Assembly: GCA_013265495.1 (NCBI GenBank) | Contig: MU059176.1 | Coordinates: 1-64,000 of the forward strand | Length of the DNA stretch: 64,000 bases | DNA from: Vicugna vicugna | Lineage: Eukaryota | Direction: 5' to 3' | Shown here: positions 1 through 12,544 of the stretch, piece by piece | How positions within the stretch are numbered: position 1 is the first letter of the stretch | Layout: the number at the start of each line of letters is the position of its first letter | Program-made: the position numbers and the translations under genes | The notes under the pieces: model-generated | Databases searched by the model: none | What the model was told of the DNA's origin: nothing | What the model saw: the letters and a program-made list of their open reading frames with translations, nothing else

Positions 1-1664
1 GAGGAGTTTCCTCCTCCTCCCAGGAAATGGCTTACATCACTGACAATGCCAATGGACCCAAGGTCCTGCTTGTGACAATCAGCAAGGTTGGCTGTAACTT
101 CCGGCTGGTGGCGGTTGGAATGTCATTGTGCAGGGGGAAAGAGCTCCCTGTGGTGCCAAGCAGGTCTAGTGTAGAAAATGGTGCAGAAGAGACTGCGGCC
201 AGTTGCTGAGAGGGTGTAATGCAGTAGCCGCTTGGTGGCCTGTTACTCAGCATAAAAATGGCCTTGTTGGATTGAAGATACATGTGCAGAAAAGTGCTGG
301 TGTAAACATGCACTCCAGTCACAGTGGGGAGAGAGCCTCAGCCTAATCCCGTTAAGCTTGCTCAGGTTTGACATGCAAGCCCCAGGCTGGCTCTGCTGCT
401 GGAGAGAAGTCTGGCCAGTGGGGCAGCTTTCAGACCTGCCAAGACCACTGATCTGCAAGGTTGGACAGGCCATCCCTGCCCGCCCACCTGGCTTGAGGCA
501 ACCACAACCACTTTGGTGACAGGCAGTATGGTATGACACTTACTTCCCCTCCTCTTTTGTTTTCCAAAGTTATGGGGAGAAAAGTGGCCTACAACTATTT
601 AAAGAGGTAGGGGGCAGGTCAATTCTCAGTTGATCTGTAAAGGAAACTACGGAGATGACAAACCCAAGTCCTAAGCATACGCACATATCCACCCAACTTG
701 AGGGCTCTGCTTCTTGTCACTACAGTGACTCCACGTCTAGGACTTCTGCCAACTCTAGCTGCTCCCAATCTCTGAAGACTTATCTTCACAATACTTTCCT
801 TGCTCAGCTGTCTCAAACTAGTGGAATTTGATGTCGAAGGCAGTCATTTTTTCCCTGATTTTGCCAGAGTGGGTCAACTGGGAATATTGCCCTTTTGCCT
901 ATCTTGTCCCCCAGAGCCTCTTAAACCACTGTGGTGCAGTAGCAGGGACAATGCTGGAGTGAGCCAGTGAGGCAGTCAGGCTGCCCGTGCCTGCCCCAGC
1001 CTGGCTTTGGCCACATCCTCTTAGATACCTCCTGTCACACAACAAAACTGCAGGATTTAACCACCTGGAGTGGAATATTAGAGAACGTTTCATTATAAAA
1101 TTCCAAGGATGGCCATAAACCACCCTTAAAAATGGGGTGAGGGTGGCAGGAAGGGTTGGAGACAGCATGCTGTACTTCTGCTGTGGTTCTGGAGATGGTT
1201 TCCTGAGAGGCCTTTTTGCTCTGGGTCCTTCAGGCCAGCCACACAGGCTTTGCATGTACTGTGTCTTCAGACCCACTGGCTGCCAGGAAAGGGGAAGTGG
1301 AGGCAGCATCTCCAGATGAGTCAGAGCAGCAGTAAACTCCAGCAGAGCCTCTGTCAAGTCCTCACAGAAATGGGGAAAATAAGCTAGGACCCACCTTTCT
1401 TTCTCCTCTCTTAAACACGGCAAGGGTCTTCCATAGCTTGCCCTAAGCACGCAGAGCTCCTACTTTCCTTTCCCAGGAACGAGGATGGCTGGCTGGTTCT
1501 TATAACAAACAGTCCACACGTCTGTCCTATTGCACTGTCAAATCTGAGGGGAAAAACCCGATGAGATGTTTGGGAAAGTGGCAAGGGCAGAGCCACGGTA
1601 TAGGCCACAGCATGTCACAGAGGATTTATGGGGTGGAGGTGAGGGAAGGTTGGGCAGAACTGCC
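1..1664 (-). other. JOSD1: JOSD1 3' UTR, continues past the window edge
   Basis: Follows the stop codon; no minus-strand AATAAA seen in 1-1664. Confidence 0.8.
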
Positions 1665-1764
1665 TTACACGTCAGCCCTCCAACTCTGATGGGCCTCCAC
1701 CTCTTCTGGTACCACCAGCAGGAGTTCACAGTTCTTTCCTCGCAAATGATGTTTTAGAAATTTC
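1665..1764 (-). CDS. JOSD1: JOSD1 last coding exon
   Basis: cccttag|GAAATTT...GACGTGTAA, stop at 1665-1667. Confidence 0.96.
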
Positions 1765-4700
1765 CTAAGGGAGAAAAGGGTAGATGAAAGAGAAGATGAA
1801 ATGCTAGTAAAAATGCAAATTCCTGTCTTGGGGTCACATGTTCACCAGATAGTAACCTTGTCATTCATACCCACGGCAATCCTCAACACTCTCTAGTAGT
1901 GATGTCTTCTTGGAGGACTCCACATTTGGTTACCCCTCAGGCTGTCCAGTTAAATTTCCAACCTGAATTTTTGCTCATCCTCATATATTACTACCAACAG
2001 TAGCAGTTCTGTGAGGAGTAGGGCCCAACGTACCCTAAAGTAAGGTCTTCTAATTGGTTAAAAAAAAAAAGGAAGAAGGAAAAAAAAAGTTTTTTCTTTG
2101 GGTCCCAGGGAAATTTAGCCCTCTCTGGGCCCAAATGCCTGTCTTCCTTTCTCTGAACTGACAGCTATACTGTCACAGTTGTCTAAGTTAGAAAATGTTA
2201 CAACACCAGTCCTATCAGACCAGAAAGCCAGCATCCCAGGTGCTGGGACTTCTCTGCCAAAGGGATTTAACATCCTCACGGGCCATCAAAGATTTAAGGT
2301 TTTCAAGTCTGAGACCCTATGATTCTAAGTAACAGCAGGGAGAGGATCCCAGGAGCTAGGAATTTCCTTTGTCAAATAACCAAAAATAAGCTTAACTTGC
2401 CACCACAGCANNNNNNNNNNNNNNNNNNNNNNNNNNNNNNNNNNNNNNNNNNNNNNNNNNNNNNNNNNNNNNNNNNNNNNNNNNNNNNNNNNNNNNNNNN
2501 NNNNNNNNNNNNNNNNNNNNNNNNNNNNNNNNNNNNNNNNNNTGGACCCCAGCACAGGCTGGAGGGCAGATTCATGATGAAGCCCATGACGTTAGTGAGA
2601 GCAATGGCGCCAACATCCCTGAAGAACAGGAATGGTGTCAGGCTCTGAGGCAGCCAAGCCCCCAAGGTTCCCTGGCTGTAATGCCACAACTGGCTACCTC
2701 CCCACTTGAGTGCCAGTTCTCATCAAATCAAGTCTGGTTGGATTACCTGCGCTTATCCCACCAAACAGCTTCGTAGCCTTTGGTCTGAAGTGCTGCCATA
2801 ATGACGTTCACATCGTAGTTCCCATTTCCCAGCATGCTCTTCTTGTGGGGGGTCACCATGGTGTTTGGAGACAACCTACAAGTGTCAAAGGAGGAAAGCT
2901 GAGACTTGCTGGTCTGCCTAACCCCACCTGGCCCTGCACGACCACGGACAGGACACTTTACACTGCTGCCCCTGGAAGCCTGTTTCCTCCCATTCAAGTA
3001 AATATAACCAGTTCTTACTCAAGTATTTTGTAGTCTGGGCTCCTGCTGCCCTAGGGACTGCCTTTATTTTTATGCAAAACAATAATTCAATAGTGGTGGG
3101 ATCTATCTGCCTGCCATTTAGAAAGCGTGTCTACAGTGAATTCAATGAGTACAAAGAATGTTCCACAAAGGAATCTCATTTATGAAGGCCCCAGCCTACC
3201 CATTTCTGCAGTCTTCCTCTTTGCTGATCCTCCTGCCTTGATACAGGCTTTTTTTTTTAACATTGGAAAATAATACTGATATTTTCATTTGCATACATAA
3301 TATTTGTTATTACTCTTATTTATTTATTTTACAATTTAAATGCTTTCTTTTTAAGGCTTGCATACTTAGTAATCATTAATCATCAAATACTCAAAGGCCT
3401 TCAGGGGCCCAGACAGGTAACATAAATGTATGAACTGGGACCAAATGTCAGGCAATATAAAGTAGTCAGGCCAATATTAAACTGGAACGCATGACCCACC
3501 TAAAGGTATTCCAAATATACGTGTGTGTAAAATACCTGAATTAAAAAAAAATAAACAAATTGAAAAAAAGTTTGTGCTAGATAAACAATACTCAACTACA
3601 GTCTGACTTGCCCACTAGCTTTAAGCATTTTGGGCCAGGCCTCTTTAGCCACTCCTTCACCTCAAGACAAGGTCAGTTCTGAAGGCATTTCCAACCCTAT
3701 TATTTTGCTTTCACAGGATGCTCAGGCCAGGACCTGAGGAAAGGCATCTTGAAGGAAGGGGTAGCATGTCTTTCACCTTCGTGTGAAGGGGAGGAAGGGC
3801 AATGTCACGAGTTCCTTAGGAATAAAAGCAGAGAGCAGATGTCTACCAGGTTGCTAAATGCCATCTCCAGAAGAGAATAAGATCTTTAGGTCAATTCTAA
3901 AAACTTCAGAAATCTTACAAAATTTTTTTCCAACTTCTCTACACATAGCAACCATAATGATATTTTTCCGACATAAAACATACTCTTGCCACTGCTTAAT
4001 CCCTCCAACGGCTCCCAAAGCACTTAAATACAATCTAAACGACTTCCCCTGGCCTGCAAGGCCCTGAAGATCCCGCTGACCTCATCCCTACCTCTCAGCA
4101 CAAAGACCTCTCTGCTACCTGGACACACAGAGCTCTTTCTCGCGGGAGGGCCTCTGCGCTCACTCACTGTTTCTGCCTGGAATGCTCTTCCCTCAGATCT
4201 TCACTCGGTTTGCTCCCCATTATTTGGGTCTCAGGTGTTATTGCCCTAGAGACCTTTTCTGATCACCCGACCTTAAGTTGCTCCCTGTCACCTCATCATT
4301 TCCTCTTACATCCACCTGCTTTAATTTAATTACGGACAGTCTGACTACTGGGCATGTCACAGCCTCACTTGTCTGTATTTTCACACTAGAATGGCAGCAG
4401 GGGCCTTCTCTAGCCTGTTAACACTACATCACCAGCCCTCAAAGAGTGCCTGGCACATGACATGTGCTCAAGGGACATTTGTTGAAATGTTCTCCATGTT
4501 TATTTTGTTATCCTCACTCTTTTCCTCTAAGTATCAGTGAAACCAGCATCCAGAGTCAGCAAAGAAGGGGCATTAAGGACATTCTGCAACCAAACTTTGT
4601 TTAACCTGTAATAATAACTGCCACTGTGTGAAGACTTCTGTGCACGTCCTCTGACAAGACGCTTTCACATATGTATCTCACTTAATCCTCACAATAAATC

Positions 4701-7700
4701 TATGAGATGCTATGAATTACTTCCATTTATAGGTTTAGAAACTGCAGTTTGGTGATTTAAAATGATTAGACTGTGCTCAATTGCTTTTTAAGTGACAGAA
4801 CTAGGATTCAAACTGCAGTTTGTTTGAATCCAAGGTTCTGCTTAGTGCTCATGGCAAGGACTCAAGAAACAGAATGGGTGGTGGTGACAGGCTGATAAGA
4901 GGAAAGGCTAGCTGAGTCCCTTGGCCTGGGCCTAAAATGTAGCTTAATAAGATAAAAGCTCTCAGTGGGTTCTTGGGCACTTGGATTAAATGAGAAAGCA
5001 TATGAAAGAAAGTCAAGCTCAAGATGTCTAAAGTTACTTTCCCTTCACTAGTTTTCCAGCATCTTCTCCGTACCTTCAGTGAAGTCTCGAGCCAGCAGGC
5101 GCACGAAGGTTCCAACAAAGAAACTGCTGAGTCTTCCTCCTCTTTCACCATCTAAGTCCCTACCAGGCTCAACCCTTAGTGTCGCGCTTTCCCAAATGTG
5201 TTCCCAGAGGATCACAGAAGGCATTCAATACAGTAAGGGCTGAATGAATCAATAACAGGCTTCCTACAGTATTTCTTAAAGTCCCCAGTATGCTGATAGT
5301 TACCTTGACTCTTGAGGAGAGGGGGTCTAAACATTGACCACACAAACTTCTTCTCTGAGGTGCACCTTCTGGAACTAGTGTTGCAAGGATCTCTTCTTCT
5401 TGTCCTACATCTGCTCTCTCAGATTCAAATCCTTGCCTGTCTATTCCCACTGTCTGTGCCCTGACAGGAGGCCCCTCACTTCACACCTGGATTTTAGAAA
5501 CAGGTTCCTTCCAAATGCTCCTTCTACCTATTCAGCCTATATTCCTGCCACACTCGCTAAAGGTATCATTCCACTCACTTATATAAGAACCGGCAATGGA
5601 GCCAACTGACTGGTTGGCCAACTCCAACCCTCCCAGCCCCACTCAGCCTGTCGTTTCCCTTTCATTGGGCTTAGTGTACTTCAGGCACCAAGCCCATGTA
5701 ACCTCTTTTCTTTTATCCATTTTCTGGTTACAAGCTAAATCCTAAAGCTTCTTCAAGCTCAACCTAACACCTTATCTCTTCCATGGAATCTTTCCTGGCT
5801 CCAGTGTAGTAGAAAAAAGAGGGAGATCAGGAGGACCACACATCTCTCTGTTCACATCCAAGCACCATCAATATCAATTTTGAGATCTGATCTCCATTCC
5901 TGTTAGTTTATCTGTAAAAACAGGAATGATCCTTATCTCACAGGACCATTGAAGAATTCAGTTATTTTACACATGTCCACCCAAATAGTAAATTCCCGAA
6001 GCTAAGAGGATGACTCATCTACTCTGTATCTCTCACATTTGGGCCCTGGCAACTGCATAACCATGTGCTTGCCAAACCAATCAATATAGGAAATACTGAG
6101 AGTGGTTTCCATCTCACTGCCAGAGGAGTGGTCATTTGAATAAGTGGGGTCCATTCAGTGTGCCCATTATACTAGTACTTGTTTTTACTTCAACAATAAT
6201 CAAGTGCCCACTGTGCTAGCTTCTTTTCTGAGCTTTATCATTTAATCCTTCCAACAATCTTGAGATAGAGATTAACCCCACAGTGTAAATAAGGAAGCTG
6301 AGGTGCAAAATGTTATGGTGACTGGTACAGTCATCTTCAGCTAGGGAGTGACAGAGTGAGGATTCAACCACTAAACCTAAGGCTACGCTGAACAGTCTCC
6401 TGGATATTTCAAAGCACAGATCCCACTGAATTCCATGGGATTCTGTTCTGTCCCAGTGGAACGTTTTCTTGAGACTCCCATTCAGGACTCTTAATTATTT
6501 CCATAGAAATTCTGGACTAGACATGAGCCTCTCATTTTGGTCACCATGGGCAGAGGTTTAGAGCCACGAGATCTGCAGTGATCCACAAGTGAGAAGATGG
6601 GCTCTAGTCCAGGTCTCCACTGATGTCTGTACCCTCAGTTAAGTCTGGTCCTCTCTTGTGGTTACCACTGTGTCTGGCTAGGGTAATGTTTCAGATTTTA
6701 ATGAAAAGGACTTGTGGAGACATTTCATCAAGATTCTTTTCCTCCTTTAATTTTTTTCTTGTAATGAGTTCTGAAGAGATGTGACTTTAGAAAATACGGC
6801 TCAGAACTTCCAGATGTGTTTTTAAGTTATTAAATACATAAAGCACAGATCACAGGGCTAGGCACACAGAAGTACTCCAGGTGTTGGCAACGATGATGAT
6901 GAGGAGGAGGAGGAGCCTGTCGGCCCTTGGATGAGATAATTTATATCTCTAGAACTTAACACTCAACAACACCTTTTCTCAACTTAAACCACCATTTTTA
7001 ATGTGGCTCAGGACTTTTAATGGGGAGGCAGGAGGACGTCTCCGTGGCAGAGAATGTTCACCAATAACTATCATCTCTTTGTCCCTTGCAGATTGCATTA
7101 AGGCTTTTCCCCCCAGCACCAAGTACCTCTATTTAGATTTTAACAGCTGTTTTATTTGGGAGAGGACTGCATACCTAGGTGTACATACATTTGATTGCAG
7201 AAAAATTGAGATGAGTCTAGTGAAGATGTTTGAGGCCTGAGATTTTCAAAACAACCTAGTAAAATTGTTACTACATAATTTGACTTCTAAGTCCTTTCTT
7301 TTTCAAAGCATAGACACATATGTGATAAAATTTAAGATCAAGCATCCACATCTATATCAATGCACACTGATGATACTTGCCCAGTTTCTGACCTTCTCTC
7401 CAATTTCAGTTTTTGATCCTTTTCAAACCAATGACCTCTTTTTGCATTACCACTATCTTCAAATCCTGGAGGGAACCTGTCACAACTGCCTTCTCTCTTC
7501 CTTGTTCCTATGTTGCTGCCGAGTCATTAGTTTAGTCCTTTCTAAAATCCTATTCATTTCTATTCCAAACATGAGTCATCTCATATCCACAACTGCACTT
7601 AAACTCCACCCTGCTTTTGTATTTCTTCTATCTGGCTAAAATTCAACTGCTAGGATGAACCTACTCTCAACAAATAGCATTCATCAAAATTTTTGTCCCA

Positions 7701-10526
7701 TTTCTACCATTCATTAGCCACATTTTCAAAAAAGCATAGGACTTTATAGACCTGGGAATTTTAAATTATCTAGTTCCCAGTACTGCCAACATTACTCTTT
7801 TCTGTTAGGATCCAAATAGATTATCTTTTCCCCTTTAAATTGCTCTAAATCCCATGGTTCCAATTCAGTGCAGTCTGTTCTCAAGGCCTGGTCAATGTAC
7901 AGCTCTGAGATGTACTTCCCAGCGGCTGGGTCTTGTTCAACTTGTTTTCTTTACAGTGCCTAGCGGTGCCTGGCACACTGCAGGCAGCTAGTAAATGTTT
8001 GTTTTAAAAAAATTCCATCTTCTTTCCCTCATCTTTTCTCCTTCTGCATTTTTCTCTGATCCCTTTCACACTTCTTTGTTTCTATTAATCCACACAGAAT
8101 CTTCCCACACAGAATACTCTATACAGAGGAGACAGAGTATATTCTCTTATGTACTGGCCTGCTATTACTTAGAGGTGGATCTTCACATTGTGCTGATAGG
8201 GAACTGGGGGATGTAGTATAACTCGCTAAAGCTTTACAAGACAGGAATAGAACTCTGGTTCCACGTGAGTGTTTAGCAAATATTTAGCATTCTTTAATTC
8301 AGTTAAACACGGCTGAAAGAGTCCTGCTATTATTCACAAACAGTTTATACTCACAGTCCACATCTTCAGATCCAGGCCCAATTTACTAGCAAGGTAAATG
8401 GCTACTGATGATAAAATTACTCTGACACACCTTCCCAATACTCAAGAAGCAGCAGAGCTGTTGGAGGGCAGGCCCTCGAGTCACAAAGCTTGGGCCCAAA
8501 TCCTGCAATTAACAGTTCTCTGAACTCTCTGTGCCATGATTTCCTCATCTGGAAAAATGAGAAATAGCAGAATCTACCTTATAATAAGATTAGTGTCAGG
8601 AGTGAGTTAACACAAGGAAAGCACTCACAACAGTGCTTTGCACAGAGCAAGGGTTCATCTGTGTGAGTGATCATCATCATGTCAGATCGGGGCCAAAGTT
8701 ACAGAAGTGAAAAACTTCCGAATGGACACACGGTTTGTCGGACTTGAAATTTATCAGAGTGAAACTGGACAAATTGCTTAAGTTGATCCCAGTTTCCTAG
8801 AATCACTATTGATAAGGTTGTTGCAAGACTGTTACAAAGCACCAAGCACATTCAAGTACTCACTGTGAGTCATTTCCTTCTCCCTTGTCTTCAATTAGGA
8901 AATAATTTGCAAATATCCAACTAGGAGTAGAAGGTATACTCATTAATGGCTGGCCAAGAGGAAGCAGTTTAAAGGACTGGCTTCCTTTCTACTGTCAGTT
9001 ACATGACTTACTGATCTGAGACAAATTATCTCACTTCCCAGAGCCCTAATTTCCTGAAGACAGTTCATTCTACTTGCCAGATAATGGCCATGATGCAAAG
9101 GACACATCTGCCCTGCTAAGACATTACAATGGGTTATTATTGGCATTGGAAAATAATTACCGTCATTATAATTTTGTCAGCACAGTGAAATTAATATTCT
9201 TCTAAGAGAGGGCCTATGATTCTTTCAGGACAAATGGTTCACACCTATGCTTCAATCAGTCACCCCAAATAGGTTGTTACTAGCCGTAATTCAGGCCCTT
9301 CTAGGGCAATCATGTCATCTCTAAATGAAGGTAGACAGAGAAGGGTCTTCTGGAAATGCCAATATGCATTTCTTGAAGAATTCTTGAGCTTTCTCTGCAC
9401 TAAGAACTGAGGAGAATAATTCTTTATAAGCTGGAGTAGTGAGACAGGCTCACTGCCAAAGTTGCTATGGACCACAGACGTGATACTGTGTTCATCCAGA
9501 CACTGCAGAACCATTTCTCAAACTCTTTGATAGAAGAATTTTAGAATATCAGAGCTGAGAGAAAAAAGCTGACCTTCTACCAACCTGTCCAGCAGCATTG
9601 GACAAAGTAGGTAAGAAAGCGATTTAGAATAAAGTAGAGAGGGGAGGGAATCTACAGTCAGCTTCAAATCACAGCTTTGCTACCTAGATGCTATATGGAG
9701 AAAACACTGGACCTCTCTTCCTGTTTCTTTATCAGTAAAATAGACAGTAAATCAACTATGAGGAGGGCTACTCAAAACACTGTATGAAAAGCACCAAGGC
9801 CAGCCTATGGCCTCATAGAAAAGGTGAGCATTGTGTATTTACCTTTCTAATGGAAACACAACATTCCAACTTTGATGACAGGTTACTGAGTGTACATATC
9901 TTGTCCCCCTTCGAGACTCTAAACTCCTTGTGGGCAGGACTTGAGAAGCATTAATAGCATAGTGGTAAACGGCACAGCAACAAACCTGAATTCAAGCTTG
10001 GCTCCACCTCTCATATCTTACCTTGGACAAATTATCGAACTTCTCTGAGGCCATAAGTCTTTACCCATAAACTGGAAATAGCCACAATTCCATGGGATTG
10101 TAGAGGGGATCACTTGAGATAACACAACTGAGGCTTAGCGCGGTGCCTACCCCACTGTAAGTGCTCAATAAATAGTAGTGATTATCTTTCCCATTCTTGT
10201 GTCCCTTGTACCTGCTAATAGCATCTAGCTAATAATACCTGTTGGTGTGAAGGTTTATTATGCAGCACAGGCATTGCCCCACCCCTCAAAATTCAGAAAA
10301 CACGGAAAGTATAAAGATCCNNNNNNNNNNNNNNNNNNNNNNNNNNNNNNNNNNNNNNNNNNNNNNNNNNNNNNNNNNNNNNNNNNNNNNNNNNNNNNNN
10401 NNNNNNNNNNNNNNNNNNNNNNNNNNNNNNNNNNNNNNNNNNNNNNNNNNNNNNNNNNNNNNNNNNNNNNNNNNNNNNNNNNNNNNNNNNNNTAGCCTTG
10501 TCTCCTTTCCATGGCACGCAACTCAT
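1665..10526 (-). CDS. JOSD1: Josephin domain-containing deubiquitinase 1, 4 coding exons (10526-~10342, 2875-2747, 2618-~2424, 1764-1665), about 202 aa
   Basis: Translated pieces [79 protein letters not shown] and [32 protein letters not shown] match JOSD1. Exon sizes 185+129+195+100 sum to 609 nt; two donors are inferred inside N-runs. Confidence 0.97.
2424..2618 (-). CDS. JOSD1: JOSD1 coding exon 3 (3' part masked)
   Basis: cttcag|GGATGTTGGC reads [25 protein letters not shown] into N-run 2411-2542; end inferred from the 195-nt ortholog exon. Confidence 0.88.
2747..2875 (-). CDS. JOSD1: JOSD1 coding exon 2
   Basis: cttgtag|GTTGTCT...AAGCGCAG|gtaatc, 129 nt. Confidence 0.96.
3980..4490 (+). 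mobile_element. LINE L2 fragment with 3' end
   Basis: L2 hallmarks gcctggaatgctcttccc and gagtgcctggcacat...atttgttgaa. Confidence 0.7.
4605..4830 (-). mobile_element. MIR SINE
   Basis: cacttaatcctcacaat...ccatttatagg...gaactaggattcaaac MIR core. Confidence 0.75.
6190..6370 (-). mobile_element. MIR SINE
   Basis: tcatttaatccttccaacaatc...ggaagctgagg...gtgacagagtgaggattcaacc. Confidence 0.65.
7330..8010 (+). mobile_element. LINE L2 fragments
   Basis: Pyrimidine-rich L2 body and 3' end gtgcctggcacac...gtaaatgtttg. Confidence 0.55.
8490..8670 (+). mobile_element. MIR SINE
   Basis: caaatcctg...tttcctcatctggaaaaatgag...acagtgctttgcacagag. Confidence 0.65.
9955..10185 (+). mobile_element. MIR SINE, near full length
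   Basis: tRNA-like head gcatagtggtaa, core accttggacaaatta...cttctctgag, tail gtaagtgctcaataaatagtag. Confidence 0.75.
10342..10526 (-). CDS. JOSD1: JOSD1 coding exon 1 (transcript exon 2)
   Basis: ATG at 10526 in context aaaaacATG, reads [11 protein letters not shown] into the N-run 10321-10492; 3' boundary inferred from the 185-nt ortholog exon. Confidence 0.85.
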
Positions 10527-11170
10527 GTTTTTCGTTTTAGATTCCAGAGAGGGCTAAAAACACCCCACCCTTCCCTCCTGAGGAGGAATGTACGCTTCTC
10601 AGTCTTCTCAGAATTCCTGAGGTCCACGTTATTTTCTGGTGTCCATGATTTATGCTTTGTCACGGGAAGAAAAGGTTGGAATCAAAAGGAAAAATAATCC
10701 CCCCTTTTCTCTCTTCTCGATGGAAAGATAACTTTTGGATTAGTGTATTTCGCCACCACTGTCAAAGTGCATACGTTTTAAAAAATCGTATAAAATCTAA
10801 AACCTTGTTTTCCTTTTCACCCTCCTTTTCCACCCCGTCCAAAAAACCCCCCAACGATTTTCTTGCTGTATTTTTCTCTCTGCAAATGCCAACCAGGCCT
10901 CAAAGCAGGAGGACAGAACGAAATCGGTCACATCGCTCTTTTTCTTCCATGTCTTTCGAACCACAACGCCACTGACTCAGGAGACAAGGCCTAGGTGGTG
11001 GATAAAACGCAAATTTCAAGCAGCTAGCGAGGGCCGACCAGCGTGGGATCGCGGGCCGTGCAGGGGCCTCGGGGGAGGCTCTCCATCCCCTCGAGTGCGG
11101 TGGGACCCCGCGGGGCCAAGCCGGGAGCAGCTCCCTTGAAAGCGCGGATTCTCGCCCTCTCGCCGCGTCC
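10527..11170 (-). other. JOSD1: JOSD1 long 5' UTR portion of exon 2 (644 nt)
   Basis: Acceptor cgttgtctccttcgcag| ending at 11171, continuous to the ATG at 10526. Confidence 0.6.
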
Positions 11171-12110
11171 CTGCGAAGGAGACAACGCCTGTCAGCGCCG
11201 GCGGTCGGGCGGGTCGCCCCGGAGGACCAGCCAGCCCCGGCAAGCAGCCTGGCGGGTCCGGCCCCAGCCCTAGCCCTAGGGAAGGTCCGGCGCGGCAGGC
11301 CCGCGAGGGGTGGGGCCGGACAATTCGCCTCGCCCTCGGGGGCCTGGGCCCACCCAGCTCGCAGCCCCCACCCCAACCTCCTCGCCCGTCACGTGAGTGC
11401 CAGGCGAGGCGCCTTCCCGCCGCTCCCCTAACCCCAGCCCCCGGCCCGGTCCCCCGAGCCGCCGGGACAGCGTGCGGACGCGCAGCCAGTCTCCCCCTCA
11501 CCGCTGCAGGCCGCCACCTGGAGCTGCCAGCCACCACCTGGGCCGCGCTTGGGCGGGCGGGCGAGCGCGCGCGCGCACCTGAGCCCGACGTCAGCGGCCC
11601 CCGCCCTGCGCGTGCTCCGGAAACGCCCTCCTGCGCTGTCCCGGCTCCCGCCCCGCCGCGGCGTCACCGCTGTCGTCAGCCCGACGTCAGCGGCGCCGGT
11701 TTCGGGGTTGTGGCCGCCGCGCGGCAGCGTTGGGCTCCCTGGGGGTGCCGGGCTTTGGAGCCCGGCCGCGATGCCGGCGCTTGCCGCAGGTAGGGCTGGT
11801 GCCCAGTTCCTCGGCTCTGTTTCTTCCGGGGCTGGGCTGGCCTGGCGGCAGGCGGGAGTCCCGCCCCTCGCCTCCCCTCCCTTTCCCCGGGCGTCGGCTC
11901 CTTTCCGGGGCGGCGACCCGGCCTGCGGCTGCACTTCGTTATCCTTCCCACCCCACCTCTCTCTGACCAGGCTTCTTGGGCAGAGTGCTTTCGCCAACCT
12001 GGACTAGCTGCTCCTGCGCTGACCGTTTTATGTTTGGCTAGCGTGCCGTTCACCAGGTGATTTCAAACCACCTTACGCGGTTGGGCGCAAATTCTATTGG
12101 TTAGTGGGCC
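10990..12110. promoter_or_regulatory. CpG island / JOSD1 promoter
   Basis: Dense CpG, GC boxes, CRE-like GACGTCA at 11587 and 11683, E-box GTCACGTGAG 11388-11397. Confidence 0.9.
11502..11620 (-). other. JOSD1: JOSD1 non-coding first exon (5' end approximate)
   Basis: Donor CAGCG|gtgagg at 11501 inside the CpG island; the TSS cannot be determined from sequence. Confidence 0.45.
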
Positions 12111-12544
12111 CGACCGCCCTCACTTTCCAGGAGCTCTGATGGTAAGTGCCTCTCCGGGAGTCACGTTTCAAGTGGAATGGAGTCCTGTTTCAGTTCTTTG
12201 GTGTCGTATTTCAGTTTTCCACTCACATACCACTGTCATCTTGGTTTCAGGCTCCTCTCTCGTCTCACGGTGGTGGCCCCAGAGCCTTCCTCTCTGAGTT
12301 AGCTCAAGGCATATCTTAGTGCCTTGTGTGTCAGGAAGATGGACTCAGTCCCACGTGGATCTTTTGCCCTTTTCTTACCCAAAGACATGAGGAAGGCATC
12401 AGCAAATATTCATCACCCACTTTAGTTGTTTTCCCTTTGGGTTTTTGTTCAGAAAATTGGAAAAACAATAAAGGAAAAGATCTCCCTTAACAATTCAGTT
12501 ATTTCTTTAACCCTGTTTCAACACTGTAAAACAAATTGTAACAC

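Noticed and set aside
9955-9985. tRNA-like gcatagtggtaa segment
   Set aside because: It is the tRNA-derived head of a MIR; no cloverleaf.
10900-12053. Many 120-190 aa ORFs on both strands (also 14829-15674 and 53961-55291)
   Set aside because: They overlap CpG islands where stop codons are depleted; the peptides are low-complexity Arg/Gly/Pro/Ala with no domain.
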